Source: an uncultured Alphaproteobacteria bacterium
GTDB taxonomy: Bacteria > Pseudomonadota > Alphaproteobacteria > Rhizobiales > Beijerinckiaceae
Direction of reading: 5' to 3'
DNA: 64,000 nt
Assembly: GCA_963833955.1 (NCBI GenBank)
Contig: CAWHZY010000007.1
Location: forward strand, 111,943 to 175,942
Of the stretch, positions 20,642 through 31,638 are shown piece by piece. The translations under genes and the position numbers were made by a program. The notes under the pieces were generated by a model that was not told the origin of the DNA, made no database searches, and saw only the letters and a list, made by a program, of their open reading frames with translations. Position 1 is the stretch's first letter. Every line of letters begins with the position of its first letter.

Positions 20642-20807
20642 GCGGTTTGGCCGGCGGCTGGCGCATCGACAAGGCCCGTCGCCTCACGCATCTTCGACTT
20701 CGACGGGCGCTCAGGCGCCGCTTTCGTCTTGGAAGCACCATTGTGATTCTCTAGTGCCTATAGCGACTGCGCCGGCCATTTCCTCACGTTGCTTTTGGAG
20801 ATTTGCG

Positions 20808-21419
20808 ATGACGTTGTTCAAAATTGCTCTCGCCGCGGCGTTCGTCTTGGGCGTTACGCCTGCCTTCGCCCAAAACGCGGCGGTCGTATCTTCCCGAGCA
20901 AACATCCAAACGGTCAGCGCCGACGGCTCGGCGTTGAAGGTCCACACCCGCGCGGGCGAGGATCAGACGATCCACCTTGGTTCAAAAACCCGATTCATTC
21001 TGGTCGTTCCTGCCGCGCTTACCGACGTGAAGCCCGGATCCTTCATCGGCGTCGCCGCTCTGCCAGGCGAGGGGAACGAACTCAAGGCCATGGAAGTGCA
21101 CATCTTTCCCGAGGCCATGCGCGGCACCGGCGAGGGCTACCGCCCCTTCGACCTCGGGCCGAAAAGCTCGATGACCAACGGCAATATCTCCGCCCGCGTC
21201 GACGCGACGACCGGCCCCAAGCTCACCGTCACCTACAAAGGCGGCGAGCAGACGATCGTCGTCGACCCGAAGACGCCGATCGTCGCCTTCGAGCCTGGCG
21301 CTGAGACGGATCTCAAGCCCGGCGCGGCGATCATCGCGCGGGGGCCGAAGAAGGAGGACGGCTCGATCGACGCCGCTTTCGTCCTGGTCGGCAAGGACGG
21401 CCTCGTCCCGCCCATGTGA
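20808..21419 (+). CDS. Exported conserved protein (DUF5666-like, EVHIFPE...G.G motif)
   Basis: Signal peptide ending AFA; EVHIFPEAMRGTGEG, SSMTNG, GKDGLVPPM. Confidence 0.7.
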   Translation: MTLFKIALAAAFVLGVTPAFAQNAAVVSSRANIQTVSADGSALKVHTRAGEDQTIHLGSKTRFILVVPAALTDVKPGSFIGVAALPGEGNELKAMEVHIFPEAMRGTGEGYRPFDLGPKSSMTNGNISARVDATTGPKLTVTYKGGEQTIVVDPKTPIVAFEPGAETDLKPGAAIIARGPKKEDGSIDAAFVLVGKDGLVPPM

Positions 21420-21481
21420 GTGGCCCAGCCGAACGCGGCAAACGCAAGGGATTTGCTCGGATAAGCCGCCCGTGCTAGGCG

Positions 21482-23355
21482 GTGGACAATTCTTCTGCGG
21501 GACAATTCATTCATGAGGGCGTCGTCGAGTCCAATCGAGGCCAATTCGGTTTCCAGCGGGCCCGAACTCGTTATTTACCTTCGTCCTCATCAAGCCGACC
21601 CACTACGACGATGACGGCTATCCGATCCAGTGGTTCCGCTCGGCGCTGCCGTCCAACACGCTCGCCTGCATGAACAGCCTGGCCGAGGACGCCAGCAAGC
21701 GCGAGGTTCTGGGCCCTGGCGTCACGATCGAGGTCGACACCTACGACGAGACCAATCGCCGCGTGTTCCCGAGCCGGATCATCCGCGACCTCAAGCGCCG
21801 GGGCGGGCGGGCGCTGATCGGCATCGTCGGGGTGCAGTCGAACCAATTTCCCCGCGCTGTGGATATCGCGCGTCAGTTTCGTGCGGCTGGCTATCAGGTC
21901 TGCCTCGGCGGCTTCCACGTCTCGGGCTGCCTCGCCATGCTGCCCGAGCTTCCCTCGGAGATCGTCGAGGCGCAGGCGCTCGGCATTTCAATGTTCGCCG
22001 GCGAATCCGAGGAGCACCGGCTCGACGAAGTGCTGCTCGACGCCTGGAACAGCAGGCTGAAGCCGCTCTACAATTTCATGGATCAGCTGCCCTCGCTCGT
22101 TGGCGAGCCGGCGCCGATCCTGCCGCGCAAGCATGTCGAGCGCACGTCCGGGACCTATTCCAGCATCGATCTCGGCCGCGGCTGCCCCTACCAGTGTTCG
22201 TTCTGCACCATCATCAACGTGCAGGGGCGCAAGAGCCGCTTCCGCTCCCCCGACGATCTCGAACAGATCATCCGCGCGAACTACGCGCAGGGCATCGACC
22301 GGTTCTTCATCACCGACGACAATTTCGCCCGCAACAGCGACTGGGAGATCCTGCTCGACCGGGTGATCGAACTGAAGAAGGAAGGCATCCACGTCGGCTT
22401 CACCATCCAGGTCGACACGCTCTGCCACAAGATCAAGAACTTCATCGAGAAGGCCACGCAAGCCGGCGTCAAGCGGGTGTTCATCGGGCTTGAGAACATC
22501 AATCCCGAGAATCTCATCACCGCCAAGAAGCGGCAGAACAAGATCACCGAATATCGGGTGATGCTGCAGAAATGGCGCTCGCACGGCGCCATCACTTTCG
22601 CCGGCTACATCCTCGGCTTCCCCGCCGACACGAAAGAATCGATCCTGCGCGACATCGAGATCATCAAGCGCGAACTGCCGCTCGACATTCTCGAATTCTT
22701 CTTCCTCACGCCCTTGCCGGGCTCGGAGGATCACAAGAAGCTGCTCGCCAAGGGGGTCTGGATGGACCCCGACATCAACAAATACGACCTCAACCACCGC
22801 GTTTCGCATCATCCGAAAATGAGCGACCAGGAGTGGGAAGACTCTTATCGGGCCGCATGGAACGCGTTTTATACGCTCGACCATATCGGCACGATCCTCA
22901 AGCGCGCGGCGGCGATCAAGAACGGGCGCCCAAAGCAGATCCTGAGCACGATGCTCTGGTTCAAACTCATGATCGATCACGAGGGCGTTCATCCGCTCGA
23001 AGGCGGCGCGTTCCGCCTGAAATATCGCCGCGACCGCCGCGCTGGCCTGCCCATCGAATCGCGCTTCATTTTCTATCCGCGCTACGGATTCGAGATCCTC
23101 AGCAAGGCGTGGAAATACGGCAGCTTTTTCCTGAAAACGCGGAAAGTGCTCAAGGCTACGCTCGAGGCGCCCGACCGTTACACCTACAGCGATCTCGCGA
23201 TCGAGCCGCCCAAGTCGGACGAGTTCGAGCAGCTGTCGCTCTATCACGCCACCAGCGGCGGCGAAGCCGCGCTCGCCCGCAAGGCGCTCGGCGACACCAT
23301 TCGCGATTCCGCGCCCGCCCCCGCCGTCGCGATATCCGCGACAGCGGCGGAATAA
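21482..23355 (+). CDS. B12-binding-domain radical SAM protein (start uncertain; probable frameshift near 21574)
   Basis: CxxxCxxC in RGCPYQCSFC; ITDDNF; in-frame upstream FVLIKPTHYDDDGYPIQW without an in-frame start. Confidence 0.85.
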
Positions 23356-23365
23356 ACTCAAGCCC

Positions 23366-23653
23366 ATGGTCGAAGCAGCACAGGTCAGGGCTGCGCGCGC
23401 CCTTATCGGCTGGTCGCAGGCGAAGCTGGCCGAGACGGCCGGCGTGCCGGCGCCGGCGATCAACGCGTTCGAGACCGGCGCGCCCGATCCGATCGCAAGC
23501 GAAGCGCTCGATAAAATCCGCATCGCGCTCGAGACCGCCGGCGCCGTCTTCCTCCCCAAGGATGACGGCGGAGGCATCGGGGTCCGGATGCGTGAGGCCC
23601 TCGAGGGCGAATATATCGGCTGGAACGACCTCAACGCATCGAACGACGAGTGA
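23366..23653 (+). CDS. XRE-family helix-turn-helix protein
   Basis: QVRAARALIGWSQAKLA...FETG, ALETAGAVF, GGIGVR. Confidence 0.85.
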   Translation: MVEAAQVRAARALIGWSQAKLAETAGVPAPAINAFETGAPDPIASEALDKIRIALETAGAVFLPKDDGGGIGVRMREALEGEYIGWNDLNASNDE

Positions 23654-23673
23654 GACGGAATTCGGCTGGTCGA

Positions 23674-24177
23674 TTAGCCGCCGTTCGTCTGCATGCGCGC
23701 GATTTCCGCATCGAGCTTGTCGAGCGTCTGGCGCCAGCCTTCAGGCGCGCCCTTGAGCATCGGCTCCGCCTGAGCGGGATCGGCGACCGTATAGGTCTGC
23801 TCGACATCCATCCGCGTGCCGCCATCAGCGGCGACGAATTTGACCCGCGTGACGGCGCTGAATAGCGGCCCGCCGCCGCAGGGGTCGATTATGTGATGGT
23901 CGATCGCGAGCCGCTCCGGCGCCACGACCTCGGTGAACGTTCCTTTGGTCCAATGCTCGACCCCTTCCGGCGAGCGCATGCAGACCTCGAACCGACCGCC
24001 GACCCGCATCTCGACCGTCGCTTCTGGAACCGAATAGCCGTTCGGGCAGAACCATCTCTTGACGTGGTCCGCCGAGCTCCAGGCCTTGAACAATGTTTCG
24101 CGCGGCGCCGAGAAGATTCGAGAAACGCGCAAAGGCGCCGGCTGAACCTTGCGGCTCGTATCATCGATCTTGTTCAT
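23674..24177 (-). CDS. SRPBCC/AHSA1-like domain protein
   Basis: SRIFSAPRETLFKAW, RVGG, GWRQTLDKL. Confidence 0.88.
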   Translation of the reverse strand: MNKIDDTSRKVQPAPLRVSRIFSAPRETLFKAWSSADHVKRWFCPNGYSVPEATVEMRVGGRFEVCMRSPEGVEHWTKGTFTEVVAPERLAIDHHIIDPCGGGPLFSAVTRVKFVAADGGTRMDVEQTYTVADPAQAEPMLKGAPEGWRQTLDKLDAEIARMQTNGG

Positions 24178-24517
24178 CGCTCTTGTCCTCACTTTCCAGA
24201 GTTTTGAGATATTCGCCGAGCCGGTCGAGGCGGCGTTCCCACTCGAGGCGGCGCTCGGTGATCCAGCGCTCGGCCTCGGCGAGCGTCGCCGGATTGATGC
24301 TGCAGGTCCGCACGCGTCCCGACTTTTGCGACACGACGAGCCCCGAGGTCTCGAGCACCGCGAGATGCTGCATCACCGCCGGCAGCGACATGGCGAGCGG
24401 GCGCTTGAGTTCGCTGACCGACGCTGGCCTCTCCGCGAGCCGCTCGACGATCGCCCGGCGGGTCGGATCGGCGAGAGCCTGGAACGCCAGGTCGAGCGGG
24501 GTCTGATAGTTAAGCAT
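24161..24517 (-). CDS. ArsR/SmtB-family transcriptional regulator
   Basis: FQALADPTRRAI, MSLPAVMQHLAVLETSGLV..K.GRVR; typical pairing with SRPBCC gene. Confidence 0.9.
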   Translation of the reverse strand: MLNYQTPLDLAFQALADPTRRAIVERLAERPASVSELKRPLAMSLPAVMQHLAVLETSGLVVSQKSGRVRTCSINPATLAEAERWITERRLEWERRLDRLGEYLKTLESEDKSDEQDR

Positions 24518-24531
24518 ACGCTTAACTATCA
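24504..24531. promoter_or_regulatory. Probable ArsR autoregulatory operator
   Basis: Perfect 12-4-12 inverted repeat TGATAGTTAAGC-ATAC-GCTTAACTATCA over the regulator start codon. Confidence 0.7.
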
Positions 24532-24630
24532 TGGCGGCAATAGGAAAGCAAGCGCTTAAGTTTGATCTCGGCAGAGTGCGGTAAGCGGCAATCGTGGCCG
24601 CCGCGCTGCGTTCGGGAAGACCCGCGTGTC

Positions 24631-26199
24631 TTAGGCGAGGATCCGCGCGAAATAGGCCTCGACCGCCGGAAGCGTCGGCGGCGTCAGCCGAAGGCCAAGG
24701 TGGCCGTCGGGACGGACGACACAAAGCGACGGCTCGTCGCCGCCAAGCCGCGCATGGGCCGCGCCCGTCGCATCGATCAGAAGATCCGCAGTGGATCCGC
24801 TCGCGGCTGCTTTCCGCGCCACGACAAAGGTTTTGACATGGGGGCCGAAGCGATCGGCGACATGGCGCGCCGTTTTCACGAGCGCGTCCGATTGGGCGCT
24901 GTCCCCTTTCCCTGTCGTCACGAACAACGTGTGCCCGGTATGGGCAACGAGTTCATGCAGCCGAATGGCGCCGCCCGGTCCCGTCAGCGGGCCGGCGTCC
25001 CCAAGCCGGTATCCGATCGCCGTCATGGACTGGAAGACAGGTTCAGGCCCGATGGATCCCAGGATTGGGCTCGCATCGTAGCCGAGGCCGAGCTCCGATT
25101 CGCCAAAAGCCGCTTTGTACTGGCCCTCGGCCGTCGCCAAATTCTTCGCGGCCGCCTCGATCGCCGCCGGATCGCCTTGCGCGGCGTTGGCTTCCGCGTC
25201 ATCGCCCGAGCCGCAGACGATTTTCGCAATCGCACGGCGCTCGACATCGTAGGAGTCGAGCAAGGCGTCCGGAGCCTTGCCGGTCGCGACCAGCGCGAGC
25301 TTCCATCCCAGATTGAAAGCGTCTTGAATCCCGCCGTTCATCCCGTGGCCCTCGATGGGGCTGCAGGCGTGCGCCGCGTCGCCGGCAAGCAACACGCGCC
25401 CCGAGCGGAACCGCGTCGCTATCCGGGAGTGGGTGTGGAACAGCTGCGGTTCGTCGGAACTCGCGACCGTCGTGCCCGGCGCCAGCATGTTGAGACAGCG
25501 CGCGATATGGGTTTGATGCGCGCTAACGGCCGGATCGGCGCGGAAGTACGCCCGCCAGATATCCCCGCCGATCGGAACCGGGATGAGCAGCGGATCGAAC
25601 ATGGCCGCGGCCAGGTCCGGCTCGTGCGGCCAGTTGGCGAAGCGCAAGTCGGCCACGCCCCATTGTTGATCGTAATCGTGTCCAGGAAACTCGATTCCAA
25701 CGGCGTCGCGAACCTTGCTGTGAAGTCCATCGGCGCCGACCAGCCAGCTCGGCTCCATGAGGCGTTCGACGCCATTCTCGCGGACTCGAACCCGGAGCGC
25801 TTTGTCATCGGCCTTGAGATCGAGAAATTCGACCCCTCGTTTGACGCCGCCGCCCAAACGCTCGAGCTCTCCGCTCAGGATCTCCTCGGTGACGCCTTCC
25901 GACAGACCCAGCATGAGCGGGAATGGCGTGTCGAGAACCTGAAATCGAAACGACGCCTTGCGTGATCCGGCGCTATAGAAGTCAGTTCCGCGAATGGCCG
26001 TCCCCCGAGCAAGAAACTGCTCCGTAAGCCCCAGCGCGGCGAGAATCTCGAGGGTCCGCGCCTTGATGACCGCCGCACGATCCCACACCTGCGGCTTGGG
26101 CCGCTGGTCGATGAGGACGTGCGGCACGCCGCGGCGAGCGAGTTCAATCGCAAGCACAAGACCCGTCGGACCCGCGCCGACAATGAGAATAGGATCCAC
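24631..26199 (-). CDS. FAD-dependent monooxygenase (PheA/TfdB-like aromatic hydroxylase)
   Basis: VGAGPTG, GADG, GRVLLAGDAAH, GMNGGIQDA, VRPDGH. Confidence 0.9.
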   Translation of the reverse strand: MDPILIVGAGPTGLVLAIELARRGVPHVLIDQRPKPQVWDRAAVIKARTLEILAALGLTEQFLARGTAIRGTDFYSAGSRKASFRFQVLDTPFPLMLGLSEGVTEEILSGELERLGGGVKRGVEFLDLKADDKALRVRVRENGVERLMEPSWLVGADGLHSKVRDAVGIEFPGHDYDQQWGVADLRFANWPHEPDLAAAMFDPLLIPVPIGGDIWRAYFRADPAVSAHQTHIARCLNMLAPGTTVASSDEPQLFHTHSRIATRFRSGRVLLAGDAAHACSPIEGHGMNGGIQDAFNLGWKLALVATGKAPDALLDSYDVERRAIAKIVCGSGDDAEANAAQGDPAAIEAAAKNLATAEGQYKAAFGESELGLGYDASPILGSIGPEPVFQSMTAIGYRLGDAGPLTGPGGAIRLHELVAHTGHTLFVTTGKGDSAQSDALVKTARHVADRFGPHVKTFVVARKAAASGSTADLLIDATGAAHARLGGDEPSLCVVRPDGHLGLRLTPPTLPAVEAYFARILA

Positions 26200-26583
26200 G
26201 GACTCCCCCCATTTCGAGACTGCGCTTGTGGCTGCGTTGTCTTCAATTGAGCGCAGGCTGAATAACGACTTACCCTAAATCCCGGTCGCGCAAATGACAA
26301 ACAGCTGCAGAGCTCGGTTGAAATCGGCGCCGCTCGCCTCGCCGATCACGCAGATTTGAGCGCGCGCTTCGCCGGCTTGCTTACGATTCCCCGCCCCGCG
26401 ACGCCTTGAGGCTCGACCCGGTCGAGCGCGGCGACTATTCCAATCAAAACGCACTCCTCGCTCGTGGGCGACAGTCGTTCTCGGCCGCACTGGAAAGCCC
26501 CCGAGTAAAGCACCAATTTAGGATTCCCTGCGCGCTACGCGATTGCGCCTGCCTGCAGCCTTGAGAGATCTGGAGCCGCATGA

Positions 26584-27469
26584 ATGAGCAGTTCGTCCGA
26601 ATACACCCCGCCAAAGGTCTGGACCTGGAGCAAGCCTAGCGGCGGGCAGTTCGCGAACATCAACCGGCCGATCGCCGGCTCCACCCACGAAAAGGAACTG
26701 CCGGTCGGCCGCCATCCCCTTCAGCTCTATTCGCTGGCGACTCCGAATGGCCAGAAGGTCACGATCATGCTCGAGGAGCTGCTGGCGCTGGGCCATAAGG
26801 GCGCCGAGTACGACGCCTGGCTGATCAGGATCAATGAGGGCCAACAATTTGGCAGCGGCTTCGTCGCCATCAATCCGAACTCGAAGATCCCCGCTTTGCA
26901 TGGACCGCAGCGGTCCAAAGCCAATCCGGCTCTTCGAGTCCGGCGCGATCCTGCTCTATCTCGCGGAGAAGTTCGGAGCCTTCCTGCCGACCGAAGCCGC
27001 CGAGCGCGCGGAGTGCTTCTCGTGGCTGTTCTGGCAAATGGGCTCGGCGCCCTATCTTGGCGGCGGCTTCGGCCATTTCTACGCCTACGCGCCGATCAAG
27101 ATCGAATACGCCATCGATCGCTTCGCGATGGAGACGAAGCGCCTGCTCGATGTCCTCGACCGGCGCCTCGCGGAAAGCGAATATGTCGCGGGCCCCAACT
27201 ACACGATTGCGGACATGGCCCTCTGGCCCTGGTACGGCGGCCTGGCGAGAGCCAACAGCTACGGCGCGGCCGAGTTTCTGAGCGTGCAGGACTACAAAAA
27301 CGTCTTGCGCTGGGCCGATGCAATCGCCGCGCGTCCGGCGGTGAAGCGAGGGCGCATCGTGAACAAGGCCAACGGCGATCTTGCAAGTCAGTTGCATGAG
27401 CGCCATGACGCCAGCGATTTTGACCTCAAGACCCAGGACAAGCTCGCGCCGCAACCGCCCGCCGCCTGA
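26584..27469 (+). CDS. yghU: Glutathione-dependent disulfide-bond oxidoreductase YghU (probable sequencing frameshift near 26900)
   Basis: YTPPKVW, NRPIAG, LYSLATPNGQKV, NPNSKIPAL then FESGAILLYLAEK, GGGFGHFYAYAP, ERHDASDF. Confidence 0.92.
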
Positions 27470-27582
27470 CCTGGCGCGATAATCGCCGCATCGCCGCTTT
27501 CCGCACTCTCGGCGCCGCGGAAGCCAAGCACGAAAGGCGCGCCTCGTGCGCGCCGCGCCGAGGGCGCCGCATATCCGTTCGG

Positions 27583-27957
27583 TTGCAATGCAACGCTCGG
27601 CTGGCTGTAGAATTAAGGAGACCGTTCATTCTGATCGCCGCGACAATCGTCGCCTTCGCGCTTCTCTGGTACGCGAGCCTGCGCGTCGCCGCCGTGACCC
27701 GCGGCGGCGTCAACGTCGTCGCAAGAGCAGCCTTCCTCATCCTGACCTGCGTCGCCTGCATCGCGATCGGCTTCTTCCTGCCGATGGCGCCCGTTATCAG
27801 CGCCCTCATCGGCAGCGCGTTCTGGGCGGGATTGCTGGCGACCGCCGGCGCGCTCGCCGGCATGGGGCTATCGGATGAGCTCCTCAACCGCGTCGAGACG
27901 CGCGAATCCGGCGCCGCCCGGACGGCGGCGGTCGACAAGACGCGACCGCCGGTGTGA
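27583..27957 (+). CDS. Hypothetical membrane protein (about 3 TM; start uncertain)
   Basis: Hydrophobic segments and GC3-rich codons; AAGGAG near 27615. Confidence 0.55.
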   Translation: MQCNARLAVELRRPFILIAATIVAFALLWYASLRVAAVTRGGVNVVARAAFLILTCVACIAIGFFLPMAPVISALIGSAFWAGLLATAGALAGMGLSDELLNRVETRESGAARTAAVDKTRPPV

Positions 27958-28045
27958 GCAAAGCAGCCATTGTCAGCCTGTCGCGAGCGCGCTTGCTCGC
28001 AGCGAGCGAATTTGAAGCGACGCCGACGGGCGACGCGCCGGCCTG

Positions 28046-29249
28046 ATGACCCGCTTCAACATTCACGGGCTCGGGTTTACGCTCTTCCTCGCCCTCCTCA
28101 CGGCGCTGCCGGCTTTGTCGATCGACATGGCGTTGCCGAGCCTGTCGCTGATCCAGGCGGAGTTTCACGCGCCGCAGACGGAGGCGGCGTCGGTTATCGC
28201 CATCTTCGTCGCGGGCTTCTCGAGCGCGCCGATCGTGGTCGGTCCGCTTGCCGACCGGTTCGGCCGCAAGGCGATCATGACGATCGGCCTTGCTCTGTTC
28301 ACGCTATGCGCCGCGGGCGCGGCTCTCGCCCCCTCGATCCATGCGCTGCTCGCATTTCGCCTGTTGCAAGGAGCCGGCGCCGGAGCGATCGGCATTCTGC
28401 CGCGGGCGATTATCCGCGACCTGTTTGAGGGCCGCGAGGCTCGCATCCAGCTTTCCGCGGTTTCGGTCGTATTCGGCGTTGCGCCGCTGATTGCGCCCAC
28501 GCTTGGAGCTGAAATCCTGTCCTTCGGCTCCTGGCGCCTGATTTTTGTCGTGCTGACCGGCGTGTCCGTCCTGGCCACGATCGCCGCCATGGCTCTCTTT
28601 CAGGAATCGCACGCTCCGGAAAACCGCCGGAATCTCAGGCCCGCAACCGTTTTCGCCGGCTACAAACGGGTGCTGACCAATCCGGCATGCGTCGGCTTTT
28701 CTCTCCTGGGAGGCCTCGTGTTCGCGGGTCTCTTTGCCTACGTCAATGTTTCGCCGCTCCTGTTCATGCAGGGCTATGGCGTATCGAAAACCGTATTCGC
28801 GGCTCTGTTCGCCATCACCGCGTCCGGCGTGATCGTCGGCTCTTCGGTCAACGCCTGGCTGCTCAACCGCCATGTCAGGGCGAAAACGCTGCTCGACGCG
28901 GGGCTTGCGGTCGATTGCGTCGCCGCGCTCACGCTCCTCGCCGTCGGCCTTGCGGGCGCCGGGTCAGCCGTCATCGTGGCGGCGCTGGTGATGGTTTTCA
29001 TTTCGGCGTTCGGCCTCGTATTTCCGAACGCCGTCCACGAGGCGATCCATCCCCTGCCCGAGATCGCCGGCCTCGCCTCCGCATTCGTCACCACGACCCA
29101 AATGCTGTTCGGAGCGCTTGCCGGCGTCACTTCGGCCGCGCTCTACCGGGACGCTTCGCCGACCTCGCTTGGCGCGATCATGAGCGCCGCGGCGCTCAGC
29201 GCCGGCGCGCTCTATGCCTTCTGGCTCGCGAAGACGGGTCGAGGGGTGA
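28046..29249 (+). CDS. Bcr/CflA-family MFS efflux transporter (probable frameshift near 29227; raw ORF runs to 29368)
   Basis: LSIDMALPSL, GPLADRFGRK, RLLQG, RAIIRDLF, APLIAPTLG. Confidence 0.88.
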
Positions 29250-29431
29250 AGGGCTGGCCGCCGTCATCCGGCCTTGGCCGACAAGGCTCAACCCCAAAAA
29301 AAACCGGCGTGCAGCCGCAATTTTGCGTGCGGTTGTCTCTGGAAATGTCAGTTTTCGTGACTACGTAAGCGTCTTGTGTGGCTGGCGCGCCCTTAGGCCG
29401 TGAGCCGCTTTCCCTCCATTCCGAGCTGAAG

Positions 29432-29692
29432 ATGTATAACCAACGCGCTAATCTAGTGAATACCGCCGTCTCCGAGGGCCCCGCACCGTTTACCAGGTAT
29501 TTCGCCGACCAGGAGCCGATCGACGGGAAGCTGACCGTCGTCGACCTAACGGACGGAACTTGCCGCTGGCCGACCGGCAACCCGCGCGATCTCAGCACGT
29601 TCCGCTATTGCGGCGGCGCCGCGCACAGTGGCCCCTATTGTGACCGCCACGCGCAGCTCGCCTATTTGCCGCGTCTGCCGCGAGCCGCCTGA
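29432..29692 (+). CDS. GcrA C-terminal-domain-only protein
   Basis: LTVVDLTDGTCRWPTGNP...FRYCG...PYCDRHAQLAY matches the GcrA C-terminal pattern. Confidence 0.75.
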   Translation: MYNQRANLVNTAVSEGPAPFTRYFADQEPIDGKLTVVDLTDGTCRWPTGNPRDLSTFRYCGGAAHSGPYCDRHAQLAYLPRLPRAA

Positions 29693-29772
29693 AGCGTCGC
29701 GCGAAGCTCGTCTCACTTCTCCCGTGGGATAATCGTTGGGCGGCCGCCTCGAAACGGGGACTGGCTGAGCCT

Positions 29773-30258
29773 TCAGCTCCGCTTCAAAGCCACGCCTGAT
29801 CCGGCTTCGGGCGGATGAGGAAGGTCCTTTTGCGCCTTGGCGAGCGCTTCGAGCGCAGCCGTGGTCTCGAAACTCCACGCGACGGCGCTCGCGCTCCCGT
29901 CGTTCTGCGCGACCGAAATCAGGAGTTGCTCCGACGCGGCGACGCGCTCGCCGCCCGGGGCCGTCATCTCGAGCCAGACTCGCATGCGCTTGTCGTCGTG
30001 CTCGAGCAACTGACAGGACACGGCGAGCGCGTCGCCCTCCTTCGCTTCCTTGAAATAATGCAGCATCATCTGCAGGGTGAACAAGGTTTGCCCGGTCCGC
30101 TTGCGCACGGCTGCGTCGAGGCCGACCCGGTCCATCAGCGCGTCGACCGAACGGCTGAACACGATCGCATAGGCCGCGTCATTCATGTGGCCGTTGTAAT
30201 CGACCCAATCGCTGACCACGGTCGTTTCAAGCACCGGAAGCGCGGAGCCGTGCCGCAT
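29773..30258 (-). CDS. Thioesterase (4HBT-like, carnitine dehydrogenase-associated type)
   Basis: WVDYNGHMNDAAY, TLFTL, SEQLL. Confidence 0.85.
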   Translation of the reverse strand: MRHGSALPVLETTVVSDWVDYNGHMNDAAYAIVFSRSVDALMDRVGLDAAVRKRTGQTLFTLQMMLHYFKEAKEGDALAVSCQLLEHDDKRMRVWLEMTAPGGERVAASEQLLISVAQNDGSASAVAWSFETTAALEALAKAQKDLPHPPEAGSGVALKRS

Positions 30259-30426
30259 GGCGTCCTCCCGAAAAATGCTTCCTAACCGGCGGGGCGGTCT
30301 TCCGCCTCCAGCCAATATTTTTGCATCAGATCTCGACTTCGACAAGGAAATCGTTGCACGGCGTCACGAGTTCGCGGTCGAGCCGCCGTCCCAGTCGATC
30401 CCCGCGAGCGCCACCGGCTTCGCGGC

Positions 30427-31620
30427 TCACGCCTCGCGGTAGTCCTCCAGCCTGCCAATCGCCGGCGGTCGGGTCTTGCGCAGGGATGTTCCGACCGTTT
30501 CGACCCGCCGCAGCACGCGGAGCATGTTCTTCGACGACATTTTCTCGAGGTCGCGCTCGGAGAAGCCGCGGCGCACCAGCTCGGCGAACAAGTGTGGAAA
30601 GCGGCTCACGTCTTCGAGCCCAACTGGCGAGGCCCCGCCGAAATAGTCGGAGCCCACCCCAACATGGTCGAGGCCGGCCGTCTCGACGAGGCGCACGATG
30701 TGGTCGGCGACCTGCTCGAGGCTCGCCTTCGGCGCCGAGCCGTGCTTGGTCTCGAGTTCTGACAACTGGGCCTTGGGATCGGCGGCGACCGGCGCCTTGC
30801 CATAGGCGTCGCGCGAACGGCGCAGCCAGTCGCGCAAAGACTGAGACACGAAGCCGGGCACGAATGTGGCCATGACCAGGCCGCCATTGGCCTTGAGGCG
30901 CTTGAGAACATCGTCGGGCGTATTGCGCGGGTGGTCACACAGCGAATAGGCGTTGGAATGCGACAACGCCACCGGCGCTTCGGTCACGTCGAGCACACGG
31001 CGCATGGCGTCATGCGAGGTGTGGGCCAGATCGATCACCACCCCGAGGCGGTTGAGTTCGCCGATAATCGCGCGGCCAAAGGCGTTGAGGCCATTGTTGC
31101 GCGGCGCGTCGGTGGCGGAATCGACCCAATCGAGCGTTTCGTTGTGGCAAAGCGTCATGAGGCGCATGCCAGCGGCATGCCAGATACGCAACGGACTCAG
31201 CGAATTCTCGAGCCCCACGCCGCCCTCGACCGCAACGAAGGAGGCGATCTTGCCCATCGACTTCGCTCGGGCGTAATCGGCAGCCCGCCGGGCCGGGAGG
31301 AACACATCGGGATGCGCCTCCTCGATGCGGCGGATGAGGTCGATCTGCTCCAGCGCGGTGCGTGCCGGATGAGGCGCGTTGGTGGGCTGGAACGCCGCCC
31401 AGAACTGCGCCCCGACCATGCCCTCGCGGAGGCGGGGAATGTCCGTGTCCGCGCGCTCGTGAACTCGATTTAAGTCGTAGGCGACGACGTCGCCGCGCGC
31501 CGTCCTGTCAACCCGGATGACCCAGGGGAGGTCATTGTGCCCGTCGATTAGCGGTGCGCGCTTGAGCACATCTCGCGCCACCGCAAGCGCATTGTCCGCC
31601 GTCACGGGTCCGTCTGCCAT
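30427..31620 (-). CDS. Membrane dipeptidase (peptidase M19)
   Basis: LIDGHNDLP, TDIPRL, EG, DLAH, SHS, HPRN, GVGSDY. Confidence 0.92.
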   Translation of the reverse strand: MADGPVTADNALAVARDVLKRAPLIDGHNDLPWVIRVDRTARGDVVAYDLNRVHERADTDIPRLREGMVGAQFWAAFQPTNAPHPARTALEQIDLIRRIEEAHPDVFLPARRAADYARAKSMGKIASFVAVEGGVGLENSLSPLRIWHAAGMRLMTLCHNETLDWVDSATDAPRNNGLNAFGRAIIGELNRLGVVIDLAHTSHDAMRRVLDVTEAPVALSHSNAYSLCDHPRNTPDDVLKRLKANGGLVMATFVPGFVSQSLRDWLRRSRDAYGKAPVAADPKAQLSELETKHGSAPKASLEQVADHIVRLVETAGLDHVGVGSDYFGGASPVGLEDVSRFPHLFAELVRRGFSERDLEKMSSKNMLRVLRRVETVGTSLRKTRPPAIGRLEDYREA

Positions 31621-31638
31621 TGCGCTGCTCCCTTAAGC

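Noticed and set aside
26273-26523. MITE bounded by CCCTAAAT/ATTTAGGG
   Set aside because: Only an 8-bp inverted repeat, with no target duplication or second copy in the window.
29773-30258. Complete carnitine (cdhABC-type) pathway with the dehydrogenase and BKACE at 16.7-18.6 kb
   Set aside because: The thioesterase is 11 kb away and unlinked, and no betaine-type transporter or regulator is present.
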